A stretch of DNA of 64,000 nt from a virus (taxonomy: Duplodnaviria; Caudoviricetes). Shown here piece after piece: positions 20,623 to 29,989 of the stretch (positions within the stretch are counted from its first letter, which is position 1; each line of letters begins with the position of its first letter). The notes below the pieces were generated by a model. The model did no database searches, was not told the DNA's origin, and saw only the letters and a program-made list of their open reading frames with translations. The DNA lies in IMG/VR virus record IMGVR_UViG_3300010376_000002, positions 9,819 through 73,818 of that record. One strand, given 5' to 3'. The translations under genes and the position numbers were made by a program.

Positions 20623-21792
20623 TTGATCACGGGAATGCCCTCTTTGCTTTTTTGCTCTGATTTCATAGCTTCGCTCATCATGCTGAACGAGGCAGATTTT
20701 CAAGAATGGGCGCAAGCTTATGCAAGATGGCACGCAGCCGATTACGTATCCTGGCGCGAGCACCTTATTCAAACTCTCCCGGCCCTTAAAGGCATCCCTC
20801 TAGGCAAGCTAACCGAGGACGAGATTGACAAAAAGATTAAACCCTTTGTCTCCAAGCTCGCCGGAAAATATAAGCAAGTGAAAGCGCAGCCAGGTCAGCG
20901 CACGCAACAGGAAATGCAGTTTATTGCCGACTACGGTTACTCGCAGTACGCGATCGCGCACCTTGATCACTACCGAAAAGAAAAGGCCGGTGCGACACCC
21001 GCCGCACCGGCTCCTCCTAAGGCAAAGATCGATTTGCAGATCGCCGAAGAGACTAGCGAAGCGTTGGCACCCGTCAACAATAATGGCGAACTTGTTGGCG
21101 CCGACATGGTTCTAAGCTTTCTGCGGACGCAAAGGCAGGAGTTACTCAATCATTCCAAAGACCTCGATCAGTTGGCGAAAGAAATTAAGAAGGCGAAGGA
21201 AATCGAGAGACTGGCGAAGTTAGCCGGCGACATCGGAGAGAGTAAAGAAATCGCAATCGAGGCGAGCGCTTGGGAATGTGATGCCAGGTTCGAGGTTTCG
21301 CGGATCATCAATCTGCGCCGAGAAGAGGGCGAAATGTCGGAGGCGGGCCGCGCAGGCAAGAGAAGCGGGACTCCTCTAAACAAGGTTCTGCCGGAAAAGA
21401 CGGATCGAAATTGGAATGCAATCCTTTCGCCTCTTACGCCAGAGGAATATCAACAACGGCTCAAATCCGGCTTAGAAGAAAAAACGTTAAGTAAAAAGAC
21501 GTTTTCGCTTAAAAAACCTAAGAGCCCTTCGAAGGGCTCTTCTAAACAAAGCTTCGTTGACCCTCACCAGCACCTAATCAATTTTCTATGCGACGTCAGG
21601 GACAATCCCTCCTACTACCCGATTGAAGGCGAAGAAGGGATTACGAGTTGGACAGAATTGCCGAAATTTGTCCAAAACTTCCCTAGGGCAACGGCTCTCC
21701 GAGCTATTTTGTTTTTGAAGCACGCTCAAGAGAAACTGCATCCGAAACCCGAGCCAGCAGCCGAGCCTGCGCAGTCGGAACCCTTCCCGTAG
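20623..21792 (+). CDS. Hypothetical protein
   Basis: 389-aa ORF with no recognised motif. Confidence 0.55.
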   Translation: MITGMPSLLFCSDFIASLIMLNEADFQEWAQAYARWHAADYVSWREHLIQTLPALKGIPLGKLTEDEIDKKIKPFVSKLAGKYKQVKAQPGQRTQQEMQFIADYGYSQYAIAHLDHYRKEKAGATPAAPAPPKAKIDLQIAEETSEALAPVNNNGELVGADMVLSFLRTQRQELLNHSKDLDQLAKEIKKAKEIERLAKLAGDIGESKEIAIEASAWECDARFEVSRIINLRREEGEMSEAGRAGKRSGTPLNKVLPEKTDRNWNAILSPLTPEEYQQRLKSGLEEKTLSKKTFSLKKPKSPSKGSSKQSFVDPHQHLINFLCDVRDNPSYYPIEGEEGITSWTELPKFVQNFPRATALRAILFLKHAQEKLHPKPEPAAEPAQSEPFP

Positions 21793-21799
21793 AACAAAA

Positions 21800-21815
21800 T
21801 GTTCTACGTGGAACA
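21800..21815. other. parS-like palindrome TGTTCTACGTGGAACA
   Basis: 15/16 match to TGTTCCACGTGGAACA; intergenic between convergent genes; extra half-sites at 21789 and 21819. Confidence 0.55.
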
Positions 21816-21855
21816 TTTGTGGAACATTAGTCATCCGGCAGGTCATTCGCTTTGG

Positions 21856-23977
21856 TCATCCCTCGAAATGCTTTTGGCGGATGTATTCGATCTTCTCCTG
21901 CACCCGGATGCAATCGCGCCGGTCCATCGTCTCAGCGTGCTTGTCGGCTAGCTCGAGCACTCGAGTAAGGTTCTCGCGCCGTTGTTCTTGGGTGAGTTCA
22001 CCGTGCGTATGCGGCAACTCCCGCTTCGGAAGCCGAACGCCGACAGCATTAACGATCTCGGCGTTCATCACATCCATGAGGTAGCCTTCGCCAAGTGAAA
22101 CCCCTTCCTCCGACTTGATGTGGAAACTCGGCAGCTCGTTCGCCGGCCGACGTTCAATCATTTTGCCGCTCTCTTTGTCGTAGATGTAGACTTTCTTCAT
22201 GCTGATGGCCGCCGGAAGCTTTCGTCGTAAACGCGGACCAGGGTTGGACGAATCTGGTCCAGGCTTGCGTCTATCTTTGCAATTTGGGTCGCGGTTAGCT
22301 GACCGCTGTGACGCACATCGAGCAGAGCGGAATAAAGAAAGCCGACTATGAAAGCTAGGCGGGAGGTGTACTCGGTGTCGGTCAGCGGTCTGGGTTCTTC
22401 AGTCTCAGCGCTCATCTCTTCTCTCGTTGCTGTTTGAGGATTTCGTCCAGCATTTGCCCGGTTTCTTCGCTGCCCGGCTCAATCACGCGAATCTGGTCAA
22501 CGAATTCTCCTTCTCCGCGGGCGACCTTCTCTTGGTGCCGCTTGGTCATTTCCTCCATCACCTCGTCGGCTAGGTCGTCGCGAGCCTTGATAATCTCGGC
22601 CCGGTTCGGTTCATCAAAAATGAATACGATCCCTAGGCAATCGACGACACCCACTGCGTCGACCTGAAAAAGCAGACAGTAAGCAAATTGGAGATTTTCA
22701 TCGACCCGGTATTCATTGATCACCGGCGCCGAAGCGAGAACCCTTCGGCCGGGCACTGCGACCTCCTTGCGCACCTCTTCCATCTCCTGTTCCAGTCTGA
22801 ATAGCCTTACCCAGAATGGCGCCTGCGCTTTGCTGTTAACTAAGATTTTTAGCTTCATTGCCCATCGCTTCGAGTGCGTCGTGAACCACCGGACCTTCAA
22901 GCTTATCGGCTAATAGCCTCAACTTTGCCGGCAGTGCCAAGAGAGTCATCGGATCAGTTTCGCAAGACATGCCTGTTCCTTTGATCCCGTCCAGTACTAG
23001 GAGAATCACTCCTTTTGCTTTTAGCTCCTCTGCGAGCTTCTTAGTCTCTTCGTCGTATTTACCAGCAGCTAGCATTGTTGTTCTCTCTTCCATCGGCCGC
23101 GGAACCAAGGTTCGAGCTCGATCACGCGCAGCATTTGTTTTACGTAGTCGTCTGGGTTTAGCCGTTCTTCCCATGATTCAAACTGTAGTCGGAGATCATT
23201 GATTAAAAATTCAGCGTCGAATCCAACCGACACTGTGTTTTCACCGGCACGCTCAAAGAGCAGGGCATAGCCGAAAACCCAATGGGGACCGACATTAAAC
23301 GTCGGAAGGTCAGGGTTCCGATACCTACCGTTGTCGTCGCACCAAACGTCAATAATGATCTCTCGGCCGTTGTCGTTCGCCTCTATTACACCGATGCCTA
23401 GCTCATCACTTTGAATAGCTTGGCGCCACGCCGACAACTCTTCGTCGATCTGGAGTGGGCATGCCTCCCTCTTCCATGGATCGATGTACCAAGTCCAAAG
23501 CAGCTTATTTGTGCTCTCCATCGATTAGGGAAGGCTCTTTGGTCTGCAAATACGACCACTGCATCAGTTCAAATACAGTCGATACGGATGGGCGAACCTC
23601 TGGGTTGTGCGTGATCCAATCCGCCAAAAGCTCATCGAAAGCTCGGTGCAGTTCTTCATGTCTTTGGATGTGTTCTTCTCTGGTCATTTTGGCACCTTAC
23701 CCACTGCTTCAGGCGGGAAGGTTATTCCTTTACCCTTCACCCACTCGGCGCAAGTAAAGTCACCTCCGTCCGTAATGATTATCCTCTCGACCCAGCCAAT
23801 TGCCGTGACCGGACGTTTGATCAGGCTTGCGAACAATTCCATTGCCGGTCCTGGCATCAGAAAACGCCACTCGTCTTCTGTGTGTGAACTCCCGTCCCGA
23901 TAAAACACGTAGACTGAGAACTCCGGCCGCTCCGCTTCGTAGTCTATTAGCTCTTGCCAGATAGGGTTGGAATTCAT
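21856..23977 (-). CDS. Cluster of small hypothetical genes (21856-22200, 22197-22415, 22412-22900, 22836-~23075, 23069-23521, 23505-23687, 23684-23977)
   Basis: Chain of minus-strand ORFs with overlapping start and stop codons. Confidence 0.55.
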
Positions 23978-24828
23978 TCGCTCTCCTCTCCGTGAATCCG
24001 GATTGCCGCAGCTCCCTTGAAAGAGGTCCGACTATGCTTTCGAATCACGAGGCCCGGCACCGAAAGCGGTTTGCCTTGATCGTCGAGGCTTTTGGCGAGT
24101 GCTTGAGCCAACCCCTGCCGGAGTTCGATTTTAAGGAGGTCGCGATGCTGCGCGAATACTAATGCCTCGTCGACCATTTCGACTTCGTAGCGAGTGAATC
24201 CGGAGCTTCCCGGTGCCTTCGGAAGCGGCAGGTCCGGCTTGCTCAGTGGAACGTTTTCCTTCTCCAATTGAAGGGATATTTGCGCGCTCTCGATTTGGCC
24301 GGCGAGTTTGTTCTCCGCCTTAGTGTGATTGCTTTTTTCTACGAGGTCGTCAGTCATCTTCGCGCGTAAGCGCTCCTGTTCCCGCTGACGTTCCAGCTCC
24401 GCGATTCGCGCCTTGGCTTCGGCCTCTTTGCGGTCCGCTTCGGCTTTGGCTTTCGCCTCTTCCATCTCCTTTTCCCGCCGAAGACCATCCGTGAAAGCGC
24501 TGACCACCTGATCCATGCGCTGATACTGTTCCTCGAGCGGTTTGTAGAGTTCGTTAAAGAGGTTGTCCAGTGCTCGCTGAATCGCGAGTAGAGGCGCCTT
24601 TGCCGCGTCGTAATTTGCCCTGAGTCCTTTCATTAACCCTTTGAGCTCTCCGCCTATCAACCCCGCTTGATTGTGCGTCTTAGCGTCTTTGACTTTAGTT
24701 ATGACCTTCGCGCGGGCGATGACAGAATTCATTGCCACTATCGCTTGGTCCGGCCTGAGAACCTCAAGGTCGTCAGTTTGGAGTGGCTGCCCTTTGACGA
24801 GCACCAAACTTATGTTGTTGCTACTCAT
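23974..24828 (-). CDS. Coiled-coil protein, Gam/gp157-like, paralog of 19616-20413
   Basis: KAPLLAIQRALDNLF...coiled coil...YEVEMVD...PGLVIRK. Confidence 0.5.
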   Translation of the reverse strand: MSSNNISLVLVKGQPLQTDDLEVLRPDQAIVAMNSVIARAKVITKVKDAKTHNQAGLIGGELKGLMKGLRANYDAAKAPLLAIQRALDNLFNELYKPLEEQYQRMDQVVSAFTDGLRREKEMEEAKAKAEADRKEAEAKARIAELERQREQERLRAKMTDDLVEKSNHTKAENKLAGQIESAQISLQLEKENVPLSKPDLPLPKAPGSSGFTRYEVEMVDEALVFAQHRDLLKIELRQGLAQALAKSLDDQGKPLSVPGLVIRKHSRTSFKGAAAIRIHGEESE

Positions 24829-24885
24829 GAGGCTTTACGGTACTGGAGTGAGATTTGTTCTGCAATTTTTTCCTTGAACAATATT

Positions 24886-25350
24886 ATGTCTGAAGCTTAC
24901 GACTCTTCCTTGGACACGATGGAGCACATCAAACAGGTGCGAACCTTTCTCGATGAGATTGTCCGCAATATCCAAACGCGCGCCCGAGTCCACGATGCCA
25001 GCAAACTCGAAGAACCTGAGAAGTCCGCCTTTGATACGATGACTCCAAAGCTCAAAGGCACGACGTACGGGAGCGAGGAGTATAAATCCGCTCTCGCGGA
25101 AATGCGCGGCATTCTAAAGCATCATTACGAGGCCAATAGCCACCATCCCGAATACTACATCAACGGGATTGGAGGCATGAGCATGCTCGACTTGCTCGAA
25201 ATGCTGGCGGATTGGAAAGCGGCCGGCATGCGCCATCTGGATGGCGGTTCACTTGAGCGGTCGCTCCGAATCAACAAGGACCGGTACAAGATTCCTGATC
25301 CGCTTTTCAACCTGTTGTACTTAACTGCGAAAGAACTCAAATGGATGTAG
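24886..25350 (+). CDS. DUF5662-family (HD-like) protein
   Basis: HIKQV...HDASKLEEPE...HHYEANSHHPEY...LLEMLADWKAAG; start moved to the ATG at 24886. Confidence 0.75.
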   Translation: MSEAYDSSLDTMEHIKQVRTFLDEIVRNIQTRARVHDASKLEEPEKSAFDTMTPKLKGTTYGSEEYKSALAEMRGILKHHYEANSHHPEYYINGIGGMSMLDLLEMLADWKAAGMRHLDGGSLERSLRINKDRYKIPDPLFNLLYLTAKELKWM

Positions 25351-25740
25351 AAGCCTTAATTAACGATCTCAGAGAACTGACCAAAGCACAGACCGAAGCA
25401 CTCCATGCGCTGCGCGACATTTGCGCACTCCAAGGCGAACGTATCAAACTTTTGGAGGACACAGTCTATGAAAGAAAAGGCCGAACAACTGACGAAACAA
25501 ATTCTGGAGATCCTGCGGGATCATTACCTTAGCGCCGGCCAATTCAAGCGCGAGAATGTTTACGAGGCTTTGGGCGCGCTAGGAATCGCAGTAGCCGTCA
25601 CGGTGGAAGGCTGCGGCGATCCGGAGGCTGTCGAATACTTCAACGATGTCGTGCAAAGGCAGCGTGACGAAATTGTTGCTAACTCGGCCAAAATAATCTC
25701 AGAGGGACTAGCGGCCGAGCAAGACCCAGAACTAAACTAA
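25341..25740 (+). CDS. Two small hypothetical genes (25341-25532, ~25468-25740)
   Basis: Coupled ORFs. Confidence 0.45.
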
Positions 25741-25788
25741 ACTAACTGCTTGCATGCCTAGCTTGCTAGCGTTAGCCCTGTCGTTGTT

Positions 25789-26352
25789 ATGCCAATACTT
25801 GACGTCTGTATTGTAGGCAAAGCTTACCTCCCAGAAATTGGGGGAGGTCCAATTATTCCGCCAACGCCAGGACAGCCTCCAGGCATTTGGGGGCCGACCG
25901 ATCCGCGTCCGACTCCACCAATTCATATCCCGCCAACACAACCGGGACAGCCTCCAGGCATTTGGCCACCCAGTGGGGTAGTTACCCCACCCATTTATTA
26001 TCCTCCGGAAATTTGGCCAACTCCACCGGCTAAACCTCCGCTCGGTATCTGGGGCGGTGCACCGTTGCCGGTGCCGACTCCGCCGATCTATATCCCGCTT
26101 CCGCCGGATAGCGATCTCAAACCGGAACATCCCATTGTGCTGCCGCCGGGAACAATCCCTGGATTTCCGGCTCACCCGATAGTCATCGTCCCGCCACCGC
26201 CAGCCGATGGCGGAGTTAAGCCACCGCCACCAGAGGGAGGCTGGGGGTATTCACCCGAACATGGGTGGGGTTATTTTCCCCCGCAGAGCGATAAACCGCA
26301 GCCGGCACCGACGCCGCCAAATCCTGATGCGCCTCACGTAGAGCCGCACTAA
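25789..26352 (+). CDS. Proline-rich repeat protein
   Basis: PGQPPGIW/PPIYxP repeats; GGACAGCCTCCAGGCATTTGG repeated at about 25870 and 25945. Confidence 0.7.
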   Translation: MPILDVCIVGKAYLPEIGGGPIIPPTPGQPPGIWGPTDPRPTPPIHIPPTQPGQPPGIWPPSGVVTPPIYYPPEIWPTPPAKPPLGIWGGAPLPVPTPPIYIPLPPDSDLKPEHPIVLPPGTIPGFPAHPIVIVPPPPADGGVKPPPPEGGWGYSPEHGWGYFPPQSDKPQPAPTPPNPDAPHVEPH

Positions 26353-26353
26353 G

Positions 26354-26892
26354 TCATTTCTCCGTCATGCTCTTGAACGCAAGCTCTCGAGCATGACGCG
26401 CAGCTTTAACCCCTCGGGCGAAACTCGCACTCGCTTCCTCTTCGTCGCCTGGGGGGTTAGTAATTAAGCGATCATAGAGATTGTGGTAGAGTTTCACGAT
26501 CACTTCCTCGTAGCCATGTTCGACGCAATCCCGGTCACTCATGGAGTGATATTACTTCCGAATGACTGTTTCTTAAACTTCTCCTGATTCTGTTGAATCG
26601 TCTGAAGCAATTCTTTGTGGTCATCCAGAATCTGAGTCTGCCCGTTTAAGATCTGCGCCTGATTATTGAGGTTGGCTCTCATGCTGTCTTCAAAATCATC
26701 CATGGTTTTATGCAGCTCCCGAATTTTGGTCAACGCTTCCTGTTGCTCGTAGCTCAGACTACCTTTGTTGCGCTCGCTCAACACAAGGTTGCCACCGCCG
26801 GTGACCAAGATAAGCACCAGTGTCGGCCAATCTAACTTGCCGCCGCTGATGATTTTCCCGATGCCGGTTTTGTCGTTACCGTTTTCACTCAT
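26354..26892 (-). CDS. Two hypothetical genes (26354-26542; 26539-26892 with a hydrophobic segment and coiled coil, possibly holin-like)
   Basis: ATGA-coupled ORFs; WPTLVLILVTGGGNLVL segment. Confidence 0.45.
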
Positions 26893-26927
26893 TTACCAGC
26901 AACGCGTTCCATTGCATCTGCATCATA

Positions 26928-27170
26928 TCAGAAACCCGTTGCTACGTGGTGAGCTTTTCTGTGGCAGTTCCAGCAAAGAGCCGCCCAGTAATCGGTATCC
27001 AGTAACCAGCGGCCGAAGCGGCCTTTCTTGTGATGGATCTCCGCAGAGCGTTTCTTGGCGCAAGCTTCGCAAATTGGATGCTCGTTCAGAAATGCTTTCC
27101 GCAGCTTCGAATATTCGCGCAGTTGTGCAGCTCGCTTCTTACTGACGGGTTTGAGGCGAGTCCGTTTCAT
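26928..27170 (-). CDS. Small HNH endonuclease
   Basis: CEAC...EIHH...ALCWNCHRKAH. Confidence 0.8.
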   Translation of the reverse strand: MKRTRLKPVSKKRAAQLREYSKLRKAFLNEHPICEACAKKRSAEIHHKKGRFGRWLLDTDYWAALCWNCHRKAHHVATGF

Positions 27171-27197
27171 CGATATTGATCACGTCTAGACGCCATT

Positions 27198-28102
27198 TCA
27201 TCGGATGCGAACTTTCCACGTCGCCCAAATCACCGCATTGCTCGCGCACATCAAAACGTCTCGGTAGAGATACCAATAGGTTTGCCAATAAAGATCACCC
27301 AGAACCAACCCCAGGTTAGCTATACAAAGGGCACCGGAAGCAATTAGCATCCAGGGTCTTATCCGCTGCGCCCAGTTCTTTCCTCCGCCTCCAAAATCGC
27401 CTCTGTCCATTGTCGAACACGTACTCCGTTCTCTTTGGCAAGCAGTTCGTTGACCTGATCGATCAACTGTTGGTTGAAGGATTTGAGATCCTCGGGATTA
27501 GCTCCTTGCGCAACTGACTTTAGATATGCGTCTTGAAGCGTTTTCTCGACTCGCTCAAGACTGGTTGCGGTGACGCTGCCAGCGATGAGGTTGCTGATTT
27601 CGCGATATCGTCGCGCACGGTGGAGATGACGCAACAGTTCGTAGATCATCGAACCGGCGCCGTTTTCTGAGCCTTAATCGACTTGGCCGGCTCAGCTTTC
27701 TTCATCTTCTGAGCCGCCTTAGTCCTATTAAACGTTCGCAGTTTTGGTTGTCTTTGCTTTTCCATGTCCTCGCTTCAGGTGTTTTCGGCTTCCTATTTCG
27801 CGGCGTTCGGCAGCCCGTGCCGCTTTGGCGGCTCGGCGTTCATTTGCTTTCTCTACGTCCCGATGGCCCTTTTTCCAGACTCGGTAACCCTGTTCTCCGT
27901 GCGGTCCCTCCGCTTCTAAAATTCGGACTTTAACGCCGATACTGCGCGCAAGCTCGTAAAGCGCTTCGCGCCTTTTGGGCGAGAAAAAGGATTCCTCGAG
28001 CCGCATAGTGAGCAATTTGTTGTGCTCCTCTGAGGCGTGGCGCCCACGGGTCTCGATTGTTTCTATCCCACTTTCGATAGGGTATTCGTATTGGTTGGTC
28101 AT
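27198..28102 (-). CDS. Small hypothetical genes (27198-27410 membrane, 27359-27649, 27728-28102)
   Basis: Minus-strand ORF run. Confidence 0.45.
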
Positions 28103-28260
28103 AGATTCTACGGTAAAAAATATTCAGTGCGATCGGATCGGTTATCCGACCGGAACGCCGGCCAAAGCTGTAATCGATCCCAGATTGGTAATCACCTCGG
28201 GTCACAGTACAGGGTTGCACACCTCGGATTTGCCTGCAATTATTCTCTTGCATATTATTC

Positions 28261-28824
28261 ATGATGATGAAATCCGCTGTTCAGAGAAAGGGCCGCCACT
28301 TCCAGGGAATCCCCGTGCGCGAAGCACGAGCAGATATATTGGTTCAACCTTCGAAAGCCGACATCGAAAAATCGACTCGCCGCGATCCGGAAAACTGCGC
28401 ATATGCCGTCTGTTGCCGGCGCATGTTTCAGACTCGCAGAGCGTTTGTCTATTCCGGTGTCGCCTACGTAGAGGTCTTAGACGAAACCGGTCATCCGATA
28501 ATGGAGCGCTACGTCATTAGAAATAGCGCTAAGGATTGGATGAGAGACTATGACGACGATCAACCAGTTAATCCAGGCGGATTCGTCTTACACAAACCTC
28601 CGAAAGGCTACACGCTAGAATGGAAACATCGCTATGGTAAACGGTGGCAAAAGGCCAATCCGGACAAAAGGAAGCTTTATGGGCAGCGTTCCTGGGCTAA
28701 ACAAAAGGCGGCACGCAAAGCGCCAAAAGCCAAACAGATCAACGGCTTTTCATTCCGCGATGGAACGGGATGCGTTCGATTTTTGGGCACGCATGACGGA
28801 ATGATCACCACAAGGCGGGAGTAG
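28261..28824 (+). CDS. Hypothetical protein
   Basis: 187-aa ORF, basic C-terminus. Confidence 0.55.
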   Translation: MMMKSAVQRKGRHFQGIPVREARADILVQPSKADIEKSTRRDPENCAYAVCCRRMFQTRRAFVYSGVAYVEVLDETGHPIMERYVIRNSAKDWMRDYDDDQPVNPGGFVLHKPPKGYTLEWKHRYGKRWQKANPDKRKLYGQRSWAKQKAARKAPKAKQINGFSFRDGTGCVRFLGTHDGMITTRRE

Positions 28825-28831
28825 ATGACTT

Positions 28832-29446
28832 ATGGATCCCTTCGACGAACCTCTGAGAGAACTGACGCTCGAAGAGTACAATCAACTAAAGAGAGAAAGC
28901 GAGGACGTACCTCTCGAGATCGTCGAAGACTCCCGGCCGCTGAAGACCGGTCGGCAGATATGGGACTTGGCGTTAAAAGGCAAAAACCGGGATCAAATAG
29001 CTCAGAAGCTTAAGATCGATACTGATTTCCTTGATGAGGCTCTCTCGACTTATCGGACTCGCCTGGCTCTCAGTATCGAAACCTATCGCTTGTTGGATAA
29101 CGAACGGATCGACCGCTTAATCGCTTATTGGTTGCCGCTTGCGATGGAGGGCGCCATCACCGTCGAACGGATCCGGGCCGGCGAAGTTTTTCGCGAAGAC
29201 GATTTCGATATCCCGCTTAAAGCGAGCGCATTCTGTATCGGTGCCATGGAAAAGAGAATGAAAATTCTCGGCGCCACGGCCGGGCTGCTCGGCGGATCAG
29301 AAAGTGACAAACCTCATTCCGAGAGGAATATTGTTGTCTGGTTACGCGAAGTTCTCCCCTCCATCGAAAAGATAACCCAAGAATTAGACGGAGGTCATAA
29401 TGGCAACCAACCCCACGGAAACGGATCCCAGCAAAGCTCCTCCTGA
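28832..29446 (+). CDS. HTH protein, candidate terminase small subunit
   Basis: QIWDLALKGKNRDQIAQKLKI HTH followed by helices (ERIDRL...MEKRMKILG); no other TerS candidate seen. Confidence 0.4.
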   Translation: MDPFDEPLRELTLEEYNQLKRESEDVPLEIVEDSRPLKTGRQIWDLALKGKNRDQIAQKLKIDTDFLDEALSTYRTRLALSIETYRLLDNERIDRLIAYWLPLAMEGAITVERIRAGEVFREDDFDIPLKASAFCIGAMEKRMKILGATAGLLGGSESDKPHSERNIVVWLREVLPSIEKITQELDGGHNGNQPHGNGSQQSSS

Positions 29447-29663
29447 TGTGGCAATTAAGCCGGTCAAGGGCAGCTCGAACGTTGCCGCGGTAGGCTATCA
29501 TAAGCCTACAGGCGCGCTACACGTGGTATTCCATTCCGGAGGGCATTACGTGTACCAGCACGTAACGCAAAGCCTGTTCGACCGTTTTATGAAGGCCGAT
29601 AGCAAAGGCAACTTTCTGCACAAGCACATTAAAAACCGGCACCGCTTTTTGAAAGTCCTTTAG
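29400..29663 (+). CDS. KTSC domain protein
   Basis: SSNVAAVGYH...LHVVFHSGGHYVYQHV...FMKADSKGNFLHKHIK. Confidence 0.9.
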   Translation: MATNPTETDPSKAPPDVAIKPVKGSSNVAAVGYHKPTGALHVVFHSGGHYVYQHVTQSLFDRFMKADSKGNFLHKHIKNRHRFLKVL

Positions 29664-29717
29664 GGACACCACACTTTCTCTGTCGGACTCGCCTTGTGAT
29701 CTGCCAAACTCCTCGCA

Positions 29718-29903
29718 TCATGCGCTCAGTAGCTTCTCCGTAGCAGTGCTTGGGATCGAACTTTTTCCAGAAGACGTCAAACAGAGGGTCAGGCACCGAC
29801 TTGTGGTGCTTGAGTTCCATCGCGCAACGCAATAAGGGCATCCCCTGATAGAAATTTCAACAATTTTCTGCGAAGAGTGGTCTCGTTCCTGCTCGGAATA
29901 CAT
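29718..29903 (-). CDS. Small hypothetical protein
   Basis: 61-aa ORF with CPYC, divergent from the helicase. Confidence 0.3.
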   Translation of the reverse strand: MYSEQERDHSSQKIVEISIRGCPYCVARWNSSTTSRCLTLCLTSSGKSSIPSTATEKLLSA

Positions 29904-29989
29904 TACGAATATTTAACTTGAATCGCAAGGCATTGGCTAGTAGCAAGCTTGCAAGGCTTGCTCGCTTGCGATAACCTCACTTAAAGCCC

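Noticed and set aside
21811-21826. GAAC-N7-GAAC, an alphaproteobacterial LexA-box-like repeat
   Set aside because: It lies between converging 3' ends where an operator makes little sense, and the parS half-sites explain it.
21586-21846. 86-aa ORF containing MFHVEH
   Set aside because: MFHVEH is the translation of the parS palindrome, and the ORF overlaps a longer gene on the opposite strand.
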